From: a bacterium
GTDB taxonomy: Bacteria; CLD3; SB21
Assembly: GCA_016787925.1 (NCBI GenBank)
Contig: JAEUSK010000272.1
Location: forward strand, 12,668-76,667
Direction of reading: 5' to 3'
DNA: 64,000 nt
Shown here: in pieces, positions 41,561-50,798 of the stretch
Layout: each line of letters starts with the position of its first letter
Numbering within the stretch: the first letter of the stretch is position 1
Translations under genes and position numbers: made by a program
The notes under the pieces: generated by a model
The model's input: only the letters and a program-made list of their open reading frames with translations
Database searches by the model: none
What the model was told of the DNA's origin: nothing

Positions 41561-41980
41561 ATGAACCAAGGTAGAATTTTAGCCATTGACTATGGTGAAC
41601 GCAGGATTGGACTTGCATTATCTGATCCGATGCAAATCATTGCATCAGGATTGACCACGATTCAGGTCCAGAACGAAAACTCGGCAATTCAGAAAATAAA
41701 AAAACTTGTGGGCGAACATGAGGTGATTCTGGTTGTAATGGGCAACCCGCTCGACAAAAACGGCAGTGAAGGTGCCAAGGCGCGCCAAGTTAAAATATTC
41801 GCAGAAAAACTGCGGCAACAAATTCCAGTAAATATTGCCTTCTGGGATGAACGAATGTCATCGGTAACAGCCCAGAAAATGCTGATCGAGACCGAATCCA
41901 AGAAAAAACGCCGAACTAAGGAAAAAATTGACGAATTAGCTGCCGTGGTGATCTTGCGCCACTATCTTGACGCGAACTGA
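41561..41980 (+). CDS. ruvX: Holliday-junction resolvase-like YqgF/RuvX
   Basis: ILAIDYGERRIGLALSD. The start MNQGR at 41561 is preferred because the 41543 extension overlaps the terminator. Confidence 0.85.
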   Translation: MNQGRILAIDYGERRIGLALSDPMQIIASGLTTIQVQNENSAIQKIKKLVGEHEVILVVMGNPLDKNGSEGAKARQVKIFAEKLRQQIPVNIAFWDERMSSVTAQKMLIETESKKKRRTKEKIDELAAVVILRHYLDAN

Positions 41981-41987
41981 ACAGCGG

Positions 41988-42440
41988 TCAACTTAATTTT
42001 GTCTTTACCATATCCTGAATCTTTTTTCCATCGGCCTGGCCTTTTACTTTCTGCATGACTGCCGACATCACCTTACCCATGTCCTTTACCGATTGCGCTC
42101 CGACCTCTTTGATCGTCGCTTCAATAATCGATAACAACTCATTTTCATCGAGAGGTTTAGGCAGATACTCGGAAATGATCGCCAGCTCCTGCTTTTCTTG
42201 GTCGGCCATGTCTTGACGTCCGCCTTTTTCATAAAGTTCGATCGCCTCTTTCCGTCGCTTTGCCTCGGCCAGCAAAAATGATATCCCGTCATCAGGAGTG
42301 AAGTTATTCCCTTTTTCAATGACCACTTTCTGAAGACTTGCTTTCATCATGCGAATCGTGTCAAGTCTCATTTTGTCACCGCTTTTCATGGCGTTCTTCA
42401 GGTCGGCATTCAGTTTGTCGATCATGTCATTTTGGACCAT
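41988..42440 (-). CDS. yqeY: GatB/YqeY domain protein
   Basis: Full-length match to the YqeY family (150 aa, ..LSIIEATIKEVGAQSVKDMGKVM..). Confidence 0.8.
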   Translation of the reverse strand: MVQNDMIDKLNADLKNAMKSGDKMRLDTIRMMKASLQKVVIEKGNNFTPDDGISFLLAEAKRRKEAIELYEKGGRQDMADQEKQELAIISEYLPKPLDENELLSIIEATIKEVGAQSVKDMGKVMSAVMQKVKGQADGKKIQDMVKTKLS

Positions 42441-42468
42441 AGATATTCCTCTGTATTAGTTTGATGTG

Positions 42469-45400
42469 TTACGATGGTATTTCATGCGGTTTAAACGGCA
42501 GTGAAAATGTAAACTCAGTCCATTCGCCTTCAAGACTCTCGTATGAGATGGTCCCATGATGCTTCTCAATGATGCTATAGCTGATTGAGAGCCCTAATCC
42601 CGTACCTTGACCGACCGGTTTAGTAGTGTAAAAAGGATCGAAGACTTTCGATTTCACTTGATTTGAAATTCCTAGCCCATTGTCTCTTACAGTAACAATA
42701 ATACCACCCTTATGGTCATTTTTTGTAACAATATCAATGCGGCCCAGTATCTGAGAAGAGCCGTGGTTTGCATATTTTGTTTCTATTGCTTGTGCCGCGT
42801 TGATCAGAAGATTAAGGATTACTTGGTTGATCTGATTGATATAACAATAAATCAGGTTGGTCGCATGATAGTCTTTGTGGATTAAGAGTACATGTTTGTA
42901 CTGATTCATAAAAAGCTTTACCGTAGTATCAATCGAGTCGTTGATATTCACCTCATTGAGTTCCACTTCATCCAAGCGTGAAAAATTGCGCAGATCAAGC
43001 ACTATGTTGCGAATTCTATCTGCCGCATTTTTAATGCTGGCCAACAATGTATCGAGGTCTGATATAACAAATGCGTAATCAATCTCTTTCTTGAATTCGC
43101 TGAGTTCTCCCAGAAATTCTATATTATTAACATATTTTTCTTCATACTTTACAATAATCTTGCGCAAGACGTTTACATAGTCTTCAATATAAACTACATT
43201 ACCGGCCAGCACTGATGTCGGATTATTAATTTCATGCGCAACGCCGGCAACCAATTGTCCCAATGCTGCCATTTTTTCGGACTGGACAAGCTGCGTTTGA
43301 GTTTGTTTTAGTTTTTCCAATATACTCTCTAGTTCTTCCTTTTGATGAACGATCTCTGAGGTTCGTTTTTGAACTTCAGCCTCAAGGTATTCATTGCGCA
43401 TTCGAATCCGCTCCAGATTAAGATTAACGCGGATACGATAAACGGTATATGATAGGTAGCCAAGAGAAACGATCACCAGCAAAATAAAAAATGGACTCAT
43501 CCAGATGGGCGCAGGGACCGTAAAACGGACAACCGCCGCCGTTGCACTTTCAACATTCACGCTGTTTTTCATTTTTACGCTGAAAGTGTAATGGCCAGGA
43601 CTAAGGTTGGTATAACGGACTTCGTTTTTTCGCGATGGAGCAGACCATTCCTTATCAAACCCCTCAAGCATGTATTGATACGTATTGTCCTTTTCATTGA
43701 TAAATGATAATCCGGCAAATTGAAACACGATATTTTTACTGTTAACTTCTTTGAGTAACTCGCTTTCGTCCGGCGAATGACGGCTCAATTTCACGATCGA
43801 GTCATTAGCGATGATCCGTTCGATGTAAACTAGCGGTGAAACTTTGGAGTGAACAATCGAGTCTTCTGAATACCGGGTGAGTCCTCCAAAATGTGCGATC
43901 CATATATTGCGACTTGAATCAATAAACAAGCTGTTGTTCGTAGTTGGATCGTCGACCCTCAGGCCACGCCCTTTATTCAGCAATCTCTCAAGCTCCGGTG
44001 ACGACGCGTGATGATTGAATCGTCCGTAGCCCTTACTCCCTATCCAAAGCCGATCGCTTCTGTAGTCGTATTCGATGACCGGAACAATGTTATCAGCAAG
44101 GCCCAGGCCTTTGGCCTTGTAATTAGTGAATGCCGAGCCGTCAAATTTTGAAAAGCCCATATCGGTTCCAACCCAGTAGGCCCCCTCTCCGTCCTGCGTC
44201 ACTACGTTAACCGTATTGTCCTGCAGCCCGTCGGACGTAACCCATATTCTAAATTTCAGCGAATCTAGTTTTTCTTTGTTATCGATCCGAGCAAGCCCTC
44301 CGTTGATTCCAAGCCAAATGTCGTTTTGTTTGTCAACAAAAACACACCAGATCTGGTTACCCGGCAGCCCGGTTTTATTGTCATAAAAATAGCTTCTTCC
44401 TTTATTATGAACGATCAGACCGTTCAGAGTCCCGAACCACATAGTGTTATTAGCATCTTCCGCAATATCCAAGATGGGCGATTCGCTAATGTGATAGATT
44501 TCCTCACGATCCGTGACAATACCGTTGCGGTAGGTAAATAAATTCCTCTCGGCCCCTATCCAAAGAGTTTCCTTGCTGTCGTTTTTCAATGACCAAACGG
44601 TGTTGCCGGATTTTATCCAATCCTTAGAAATGGGAACTAGTCTTTCGCCGTCAAACATATCCACGCCGTTGTCGGTACCGATATAAATATTTCCCCGCGT
44701 ATCTCCCGTAACGGCATTGGCCACATTTGCAGAAAGTCCTTCCTTCATAGTGAAGTTATAGATATTTTGATACGGTATTTTAAAACATCCTCCTCCGTCT
44801 GTTCCAACCCAAATAGTGCCCTCTCTGTCTTCCAGAATCGAATGGCAACTGTTCGTAGACACATTCTCGTCAACAAAATAATTTGTCAATTTATTATTAG
44901 TGTCCCATTTACAAAGGCCCGCATCGGTTGTAATCCAAAGTGATGAATCGGACGCAAAAACCATGGCGTGAATATTGGGATCTACTAATCCGTCTTTGGC
45001 CGTGAGACGCGATATATACTTGGAATAGTCAGACGCTTTAGCGGTAATGAACGCATTATGGTCAAATACAATCAGCCCTTTATTAGAGCCGACAATGATG
45101 CGCCCTTTGCTGTCCGCTACAATATCGGCATAGTCTTGGATACCGATAACCGCAAAATTCATGAAATGATCCGTATTGCTTTCGTTTGAATGCGTCAACA
45201 ACGTAAATCCGTTTTTTCCGGAAAACCATACATCACCGTTTCGGTCAGTGTACGCGTTACGATACGAATTACTTGCCAAGCCGTCTTTTTCCGTATAGGA
45301 TGTAAATTTTCTTCCATCAAATTTTGTGACCCCACCATAACTCGTCGTGAACCAGTAATTCCCTCGACGATCTTTCGTCATTTCAAATACTGTTCCCTGA

Positions 45401-45774
45401 CCTAACCCGTCACGGCTGGTATAATTCACAAACGTGTTACCGTCAAAAACAGAAACGCCGTCCTCCGTACACAACCATATTTTTCCGTCATCATCCGCAA
45501 ACACACTGCGGACGACGTTACTAATCAGTCCATCGTCCTTACTGTACACGGTAAATTCGATGCCGTTGTATTTAGCAACCCCGCCGGCTGTAGCAAACCA
45601 TAAATATCCGCTTCGATCCTGAACAATATCCCATACTTGCGCATGCGGAAATCCTTCGTTGATCGTATAGTACCTAAAATAAAGTTGCTGCGCTTCCACA
45701 GTGTTACTTGAAACACTCTGGAGAAGAGCAACTACCAGAATAGCATGCCTCAGAATTTGAAATACCCGTTTCAT
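42469..45774 (-). CDS. Sensor histidine kinase with periplasmic two-component-regulator beta-propeller repeats, single TM, HisKA and HATPase domains; no receiver domain
   Basis: Signal peptide; many approx. 40 aa repeats (..G.WFGT..GL..) typical of Reg_prop/Y_Y_Y sensors; TM VIVSLGYLSYTVY; coiled coil; H-box VAGVAHEINNP; G-boxes DNGLGI and GTGLGLSIS. 1101 aa. Confidence 0.75.
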   Translation of the reverse strand: MKRVFQILRHAILVVALLQSVSSNTVEAQQLYFRYYTINEGFPHAQVWDIVQDRSGYLWFATAGGVAKYNGIEFTVYSKDDGLISNVVRSVFADDDGKIWLCTEDGVSVFDGNTFVNYTSRDGLGQGTVFEMTKDRRGNYWFTTSYGGVTKFDGRKFTSYTEKDGLASNSYRNAYTDRNGDVWFSGKNGFTLLTHSNESNTDHFMNFAVIGIQDYADIVADSKGRIIVGSNKGLIVFDHNAFITAKASDYSKYISRLTAKDGLVDPNIHAMVFASDSSLWITTDAGLCKWDTNNKLTNYFVDENVSTNSCHSILEDREGTIWVGTDGGGCFKIPYQNIYNFTMKEGLSANVANAVTGDTRGNIYIGTDNGVDMFDGERLVPISKDWIKSGNTVWSLKNDSKETLWIGAERNLFTYRNGIVTDREEIYHISESPILDIAEDANNTMWFGTLNGLIVHNKGRSYFYDNKTGLPGNQIWCVFVDKQNDIWLGINGGLARIDNKEKLDSLKFRIWVTSDGLQDNTVNVVTQDGEGAYWVGTDMGFSKFDGSAFTNYKAKGLGLADNIVPVIEYDYRSDRLWIGSKGYGRFNHHASSPELERLLNKGRGLRVDDPTTNNSLFIDSSRNIWIAHFGGLTRYSEDSIVHSKVSPLVYIERIIANDSIVKLSRHSPDESELLKEVNSKNIVFQFAGLSFINEKDNTYQYMLEGFDKEWSAPSRKNEVRYTNLSPGHYTFSVKMKNSVNVESATAAVVRFTVPAPIWMSPFFILLVIVSLGYLSYTVYRIRVNLNLERIRMRNEYLEAEVQKRTSEIVHQKEELESILEKLKQTQTQLVQSEKMAALGQLVAGVAHEINNPTSVLAGNVVYIEDYVNVLRKIIVKYEEKYVNNIEFLGELSEFKKEIDYAFVISDLDTLLASIKNAADRIRNIVLDLRNFSRLDEVELNEVNINDSIDTTVKLFMNQYKHVLLIHKDYHATNLIYCYINQINQVILNLLINAAQAIETKYANHGSSQILGRIDIVTKNDHKGGIIVTVRDNGLGISNQVKSKVFDPFYTTKPVGQGTGLGLSISYSIIEKHHGTISYESLEGEWTEFTFSLPFKPHEIPS

Positions 45775-45951
45775 GATTTATGCATGTTCAAAGGATGGTT
45801 CAACAACGCGGAAATGATTGTTTCAATTGAAATGTGTTAAAAATATACTTTTTTCAGAATATAAATGCAAAGAAAACATTATTGAATATGTCCGGAAAAA
45901 GTCTTACATATTATCAGATTTTTAACTGCAATTAAACTTTTGAGGTTAGAT

Positions 45952-47322
45952 ATGGAAAGCGTTATTTCATTTATTAATTCAAACAGAGAACGATATGTCG
46001 AAGAACTTAAAGATTTTCTTAGAATCCCAAGCATTAGTACGAACCCGGAAAACAAAGCGGACGTGGCGCGATGCGCTCAGTATGTGTCAGATCAAATGAA
46101 TAAATCTGGCCTGCAAAATATTCAGATTATCCCGACGCAGGGACACCCTGTTGTTTATGGCGAATGGCTTGGTGCACCGGGCAAACCTACTATCCTGTAT
46201 TACGGCCATTACGACGTTCAGCCTGTTGACCCGCTGAATTTATGGTCCAGCGGCCCGTTCGAGCCAACGATCAAAGACGGCTATATATATGCGCGCGGCT
46301 CGTCCGACGATAAAGGGCAAGTGTTCCTCAACCTGAAAAGCGTAGAAGCCCACATGAAGATCAACGGAAAACTTCCGGTGAATATTAAATTCATGATTGA
46401 AGGTGAAGAAGAAATTGGCAGCGTAAATCTGGAGAATTTTATCACATCGCACAAAGAACTGCTCAAAGCTGATGTGGTTTTGGTGTCTGATACTTCTTTC
46501 TTTGACGATGAAATGCCCTCCATTGCATACGGCCTGCGGGGATTGTGTTATATGCAGATTGACCTTACTGGGCCTAACCGCGATTTGCATTCGGGCGTTT
46601 ATGGAGGCGCGGTCGCTAATCCGATCAACGAACTGGCGAATATTATTTCAAAATTAAAGGACAAGAACGGAAAAATCACGATTCCAGGATTTTACGATAA
46701 GGTTCGGCCATTGACAAAAGCTGAACGTGATGCTTACAAGAAATTACCCTTCGCAAAAAAAGCATACTTCAAAGACTTAGGCATAAAAGAGACTTTCGGT
46801 GAAAAAGGATATTCCATTTTAGAACAGGTCAGCGGCCGCCCATGCCTGGACTGTAATGGCATTTGGGGTGGATTTCAAGGCGAAGGCGCCAAGACGGTAC
46901 TGCCGTCCAAGGCAAGCGCCAAAATCAGCATGAGATTAGTTCCTAATCAGACGCCACACCAGACCGCGAAGTTATTTGAGCGTTACGTAAAGAAATTATG
47001 CCCTAAGACCATGCAGATCAAAGTGACAGAACTTCATGGCGGATACCCTGCTATTACTGATATCACAACCAAAGAGATTATTGCTGCGAGTAATGCGCTG
47101 CACAAGGTGTTCAAGAAAAAACCTTTGTTTGCACGAGAAGGCGGATCGATTCCTGTCATTGCGTCGTTTGAACGTCTGTTGGGCCTAAAATCGGTTCTGA
47201 TGGGGTTTGGATTGGACACGGATGCGATCCATTCGCCTAATGAACGCTTCAAATTGGATAACTTCCATCGTGGTATTCTAAGCGTGGCATTATTCTACGA
47301 CGAACTTGCAAAAATGAGTTAG
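45952..47322 (+). CDS. M20-family metallopeptidase (dipeptidase-like)
   Basis: HYDVQP..GSSDDKG (metal-binding Asp/His), EGEEEIGS, dimerisation domain. ATG 45952 follows GAGG. Confidence 0.7.
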   Translation: MESVISFINSNRERYVEELKDFLRIPSISTNPENKADVARCAQYVSDQMNKSGLQNIQIIPTQGHPVVYGEWLGAPGKPTILYYGHYDVQPVDPLNLWSSGPFEPTIKDGYIYARGSSDDKGQVFLNLKSVEAHMKINGKLPVNIKFMIEGEEEIGSVNLENFITSHKELLKADVVLVSDTSFFDDEMPSIAYGLRGLCYMQIDLTGPNRDLHSGVYGGAVANPINELANIISKLKDKNGKITIPGFYDKVRPLTKAERDAYKKLPFAKKAYFKDLGIKETFGEKGYSILEQVSGRPCLDCNGIWGGFQGEGAKTVLPSKASAKISMRLVPNQTPHQTAKLFERYVKKLCPKTMQIKVTELHGGYPAITDITTKEIIAASNALHKVFKKKPLFAREGGSIPVIASFERLLGLKSVLMGFGLDTDAIHSPNERFKLDNFHRGILSVALFYDELAKMS

Positions 47323-47340
47323 CCTTATTAATACATTAAA

Positions 47341-47371
47341 AGAGACGGCCTTTCAGCCGTCTCTTTTTTTG
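47341..47371 (+). terminator. Rho-independent terminator after the M20 peptidase gene
   Basis: AGAGACGGC, loop CTTTCA, GCCGTCTCT (9 bp perfect stem), followed by TTTTTTT. Confidence 0.6.
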
Positions 47372-47398
47372 CCTTTTCAAACTTAATTCGATAATTCT

Positions 47399-48916
47399 AT
47401 GACCCATGTTGAAATCAACGGACACGATCTGACGCTGGATACGATCGAGGAGATTTTTCAGGAAAACCTGACCATTAAACTCAGTGACTCTTCCGTAACG
47501 CAAATTACCAAATCACGAGAAATCATTGAACGAATTGTTCAGTCGGGCAACGTGGTATATGGCGTAAACACCGGCTTTGGAAAATTCAGCGATGTGAAAA
47601 TCTCTGAAGATAAAATTGACATACTGCAGGAAAACCTTGTCAAAAGCCATGCTGCGGGAATTGGTAATCCTTTTTCGGATGATATTGTAAAAATCATGCT
47701 TTTGCTCAAGGCCAATGGCCTCGCCAAAGGCTATTCAGGAGTACGGCTGGAAGTGGTTAACACTTTAGTTGAGATGTTCAATCAAGGCATCATACCTATC
47801 ATACCTGAAAAAGGATCGGTTGGTTCCAGCGGCGACCTGGCTCCCCTTGCGCACCTTGCGCTGGTCATGATCGGCCAAGGTGAAGCTTTTTACCACGGAA
47901 AGCGTATTCACGGCGCGGATGCGATGCAGCTCGCAGGTATCCCCATTCTGAAATTACGTTCCAAGGAAGGCTTGGCAATATTAAACGGAACTCAAACCAT
48001 GACCGCCGTTGCCTGTGTCAACCTGATCCGTGCATTTAATATTCTCGAATGTGCCGATATATTGGGTGCCATGAGTACAGAAGTGTTGTTGTGCACGCGA
48101 TCGGCGTTTGATGAACGAATTCACGCTGCACGCAACCAGGAAGGACAAATTATTTCAGCAGAGAATCTTCGGACATTGCTCAAAGACAGCCCGCTAATTC
48201 ATTCCCATGCCGACTGCAAAAAAGTTCAGGATGCATACAGCGTTCGCTGCATGCCACAGGTGCACGGCGCCAGCAGAGATGCGGTGCATCATGTTAAACA
48301 GGTCGTTGAACGTGAAATTAATGCCGCCACCGACAATCCGCTGATCTTTGTTGAAAACGGCGAGGTCTTATCCGGAGGTAATTTTCACGGACAGCCGGTT
48401 GCGATTGTGATGGACTTTCTGGCCATAGCCATGAGTGAGATTGGAAATATTTCCGAGCGGCGAACGGCGTGGATGATGGATTCCAATTTAAGCGACGGCC
48501 TGCCCGCATTTCTCGCAAAAGACGGCGGCCTCAATTCCGGCTACATGATCGCGCAGTACGCCGCCGCCGCGCTCGTTTCTGAAAACAAGTCCCTATGCCA
48601 TCCTGCGAGCGTGGACTCAATTCCAACGTCCGCCAATAAGGAAGATCACGTCAGCATGGGTACTATCGGCGCGCGAAAATGTCTTCAGATCATTGAAAAC
48701 GTTGAGGCGATTCTCGCTATCGAATGGCTGTGCGCAGCTCAGGCCGGCGATTTCCGCAAACCTGTTGATTTTGCGCCGCGCACAAAACGTGCACATGTTC
48801 TTCTGCGTCAGCACGTCCCGTCTCTCGACAAAGACCGTGTGACAAGTCACGATATTCAGATTGCGACTGAGCTATTGAGGAAAAAAAGTTTGGTAGAAGA
48901 AGTGTGGGATAGATAA
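47399..48916 (+). CDS. hutH: Histidine ammonia-lyase family (MIO-dependent aromatic amino-acid ammonia-lyase)
   Basis: GSVGSSGDLAPLAH (MIO-forming triad, here Ser-Ser-Gly); 505 aa. No hutU or hutI nearby. Confidence 0.75.
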   Translation: MTHVEINGHDLTLDTIEEIFQENLTIKLSDSSVTQITKSREIIERIVQSGNVVYGVNTGFGKFSDVKISEDKIDILQENLVKSHAAGIGNPFSDDIVKIMLLLKANGLAKGYSGVRLEVVNTLVEMFNQGIIPIIPEKGSVGSSGDLAPLAHLALVMIGQGEAFYHGKRIHGADAMQLAGIPILKLRSKEGLAILNGTQTMTAVACVNLIRAFNILECADILGAMSTEVLLCTRSAFDERIHAARNQEGQIISAENLRTLLKDSPLIHSHADCKKVQDAYSVRCMPQVHGASRDAVHHVKQVVEREINAATDNPLIFVENGEVLSGGNFHGQPVAIVMDFLAIAMSEIGNISERRTAWMMDSNLSDGLPAFLAKDGGLNSGYMIAQYAAAALVSENKSLCHPASVDSIPTSANKEDHVSMGTIGARKCLQIIENVEAILAIEWLCAAQAGDFRKPVDFAPRTKRAHVLLRQHVPSLDKDRVTSHDIQIATELLRKKSLVEEVWDR

Positions 48917-48919
48917 AAA

Positions 48920-49849
48920 TTATGATTTAACCGAATCAAATAAATCAAGCAGTCTTTCAAGATCATCATTTGAATAATAGTCAATTTCGACCGTGCCGCC
49001 GTTTTCCCGATGTTTTAACTTCACTTTCGTGCCTAATTTCAATCTCAGCCGGCTCTCTATTTCAGCGATATGCGGATCAGATTCGCTGACTTGTTCGATC
49101 TCAAATTTTGAAGAAGACGGCTTCCCCGATTTTTTGTTCTGTGCTTCCAGGAAATGTTTTACCGCTTCCTCAGTTTTCCTGACCGAAAAGTAACCGCTAA
49201 CAACCTGCTTCCAAACCTTGATCTGAACTGCAAAATTGGGTAAAGCAACCAGCGCCCTGCCGTGGCCGATCGTAATCTCTTCTTTTCGTAAACTGTCCTG
49301 AATTTCCGGCGGTAATTTTAACAAACGGATAATATTAGTAATGGTTGTGCGATCCTTACCAATCTTTTTTGCAACTTCATCCTGTGTCAGTTTACAGACG
49401 TCTATTAACTGCTGATAACCTACGGCCAATTCGATCGGATTAAGTTTTTCACGCTGAACATTTTCAATGATGGCCAGTTCCAGCATTTCCTCATCCGTAA
49501 CATCTTCCCGAATGTATGCCGGAAGTGACTCCAGGTTAGCCATTTTTGATGCGCGAAAACGGCGTTCTCCGGCGATGAGTTCGAACCCGTGTGCAGTTTT
49601 TCGTACCGTAATGGGCTGAATAATCCCGTTTTGAAGAATCGAATTTTTTAATTCCTCAAGCGCTTGCGGTTCAAACTCCTTCCTGGGCTGATACGGATTA
49701 GGCCTGATCATGTAAATTGGAATTTCACTGACGGATACATTTTCAGCGGATTTGAGCGTGCCGTCGGGCCGAAGATTTGCTACCGGAATTAATGCGCTAA
49801 GGCCTTTTCCAAGGCCGGTATTTTTCTTATTTGAAAAATTTTGTGACAT
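48920..49849 (-). CDS. parB: Chromosome partitioning protein ParB/Spo0J
   Basis: GLGKGLSALI box, HTH, ParB N-terminal domain; 309 aa. Confidence 0.9.
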   Translation of the reverse strand: MSQNFSNKKNTGLGKGLSALIPVANLRPDGTLKSAENVSVSEIPIYMIRPNPYQPRKEFEPQALEELKNSILQNGIIQPITVRKTAHGFELIAGERRFRASKMANLESLPAYIREDVTDEEMLELAIIENVQREKLNPIELAVGYQQLIDVCKLTQDEVAKKIGKDRTTITNIIRLLKLPPEIQDSLRKEEITIGHGRALVALPNFAVQIKVWKQVVSGYFSVRKTEEAVKHFLEAQNKKSGKPSSSKFEIEQVSESDPHIAEIESRLRLKLGTKVKLKHRENGGTVEIDYYSNDDLERLLDLFDSVKS

Positions 49850-49922
49850 ATCTAATTATTGGGTCCAAACTTGAATTGTTCAACGACCGTTACTTGATTT
49901 AGCTTGAATATGGCTGTATTGT

Positions 49923-50702
49923 TTACACCGGATGCGGCGTGAGCACGTTATGGATGACCTCTTTAGCCAAGCCCATGTAGTCTTGAGCTCCAACGGATGC
50001 GGGATCGTAAATAATGATAGGTTTTCCGTAACTCGGAGCTTCGCCTAGTTTAATATTACGATGAATCACATTTTTGAAAACTTTATCTTTAAAATATTCT
50101 TTGACTTCTGAAACAACCTGATTGGATAAATTAAGGCGGCTGTCAAACATGGTCAATAATACGCCTTCAATCGTCAGAGCGGTATTCAGGTGACGCTGCA
50201 CAAGCCGAATCGTATTAAGTAACTGCCTTAGTCCCTCAAGCGCATAATATTCACATTGTATCGGTATCAGCACCGTATCCGATCCGGTTAGTGCGTTTAA
50301 GGTTAATAATCCCAACGAAGGCGGACAGTCGATCAGTATGAACTCATATTTATCTCGTACCGGTGTGACCGCATGAAGAAACATTTGCTCACGATCCTCC
50401 AGATTGACCAGTTCCACCTCAGCGCCGACCAGACGAATATGCGCAGGAATCAGATCCATGTTCGGCATCATGGTCTTGAGTATGGCTTCATTGATACTCA
50501 TATTGTGGATTAACATCTCATACGTACTTTTATCAATAGACTCGAGGTCAAATCCAAGGCCGGTGGTAGAATTGGCCTGAGGATCCATATCGATGATCAA
50601 TGTCCTTTTACCCGCATGCGCCAACGATGAAGCCAGATTAATGGCCGTCGTGGTTTTACCAACGCCGCCCTTTTGATTGGCTATGGAAATAATTCTCCCC
50701 AA
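49923..50702 (-). CDS. parA: Chromosome partitioning ATPase ParA/Soj
   Basis: Deviant Walker A KGGVGKTT. TTG start after GGAG. Confidence 0.9.
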   Translation of the reverse strand: MGRIISIANQKGGVGKTTTAINLASSLAHAGKRTLIIDMDPQANSTTGLGFDLESIDKSTYEMLIHNMSINEAILKTMMPNMDLIPAHIRLVGAEVELVNLEDREQMFLHAVTPVRDKYEFILIDCPPSLGLLTLNALTGSDTVLIPIQCEYYALEGLRQLLNTIRLVQRHLNTALTIEGVLLTMFDSRLNLSNQVVSEVKEYFKDKVFKNVIHRNIKLGEAPSYGKPIIIYDPASVGAQDYMGLAKEVIHNVLTPHPV

Positions 50703-50798
50703 TACGTTCTCCGTAAATTAACCGAAATGTGAAACACCATCAGAATGTTTCACGAAATTATGTGCAATAATAGACAAAGCGATTAATAAATACAACTC

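Noticed and set aside
47399-48916. The MIO-forming triad in the ammonia-lyase is Ser-Ser-Gly (GSVGSSGDL) instead of the textbook Ala-Ser-Gly.
   Set aside because: From memory, the first position of the triad varies (Ala/Thr/Ser/Cys) among genuine MIO enzymes, so this is unlikely to be novel.
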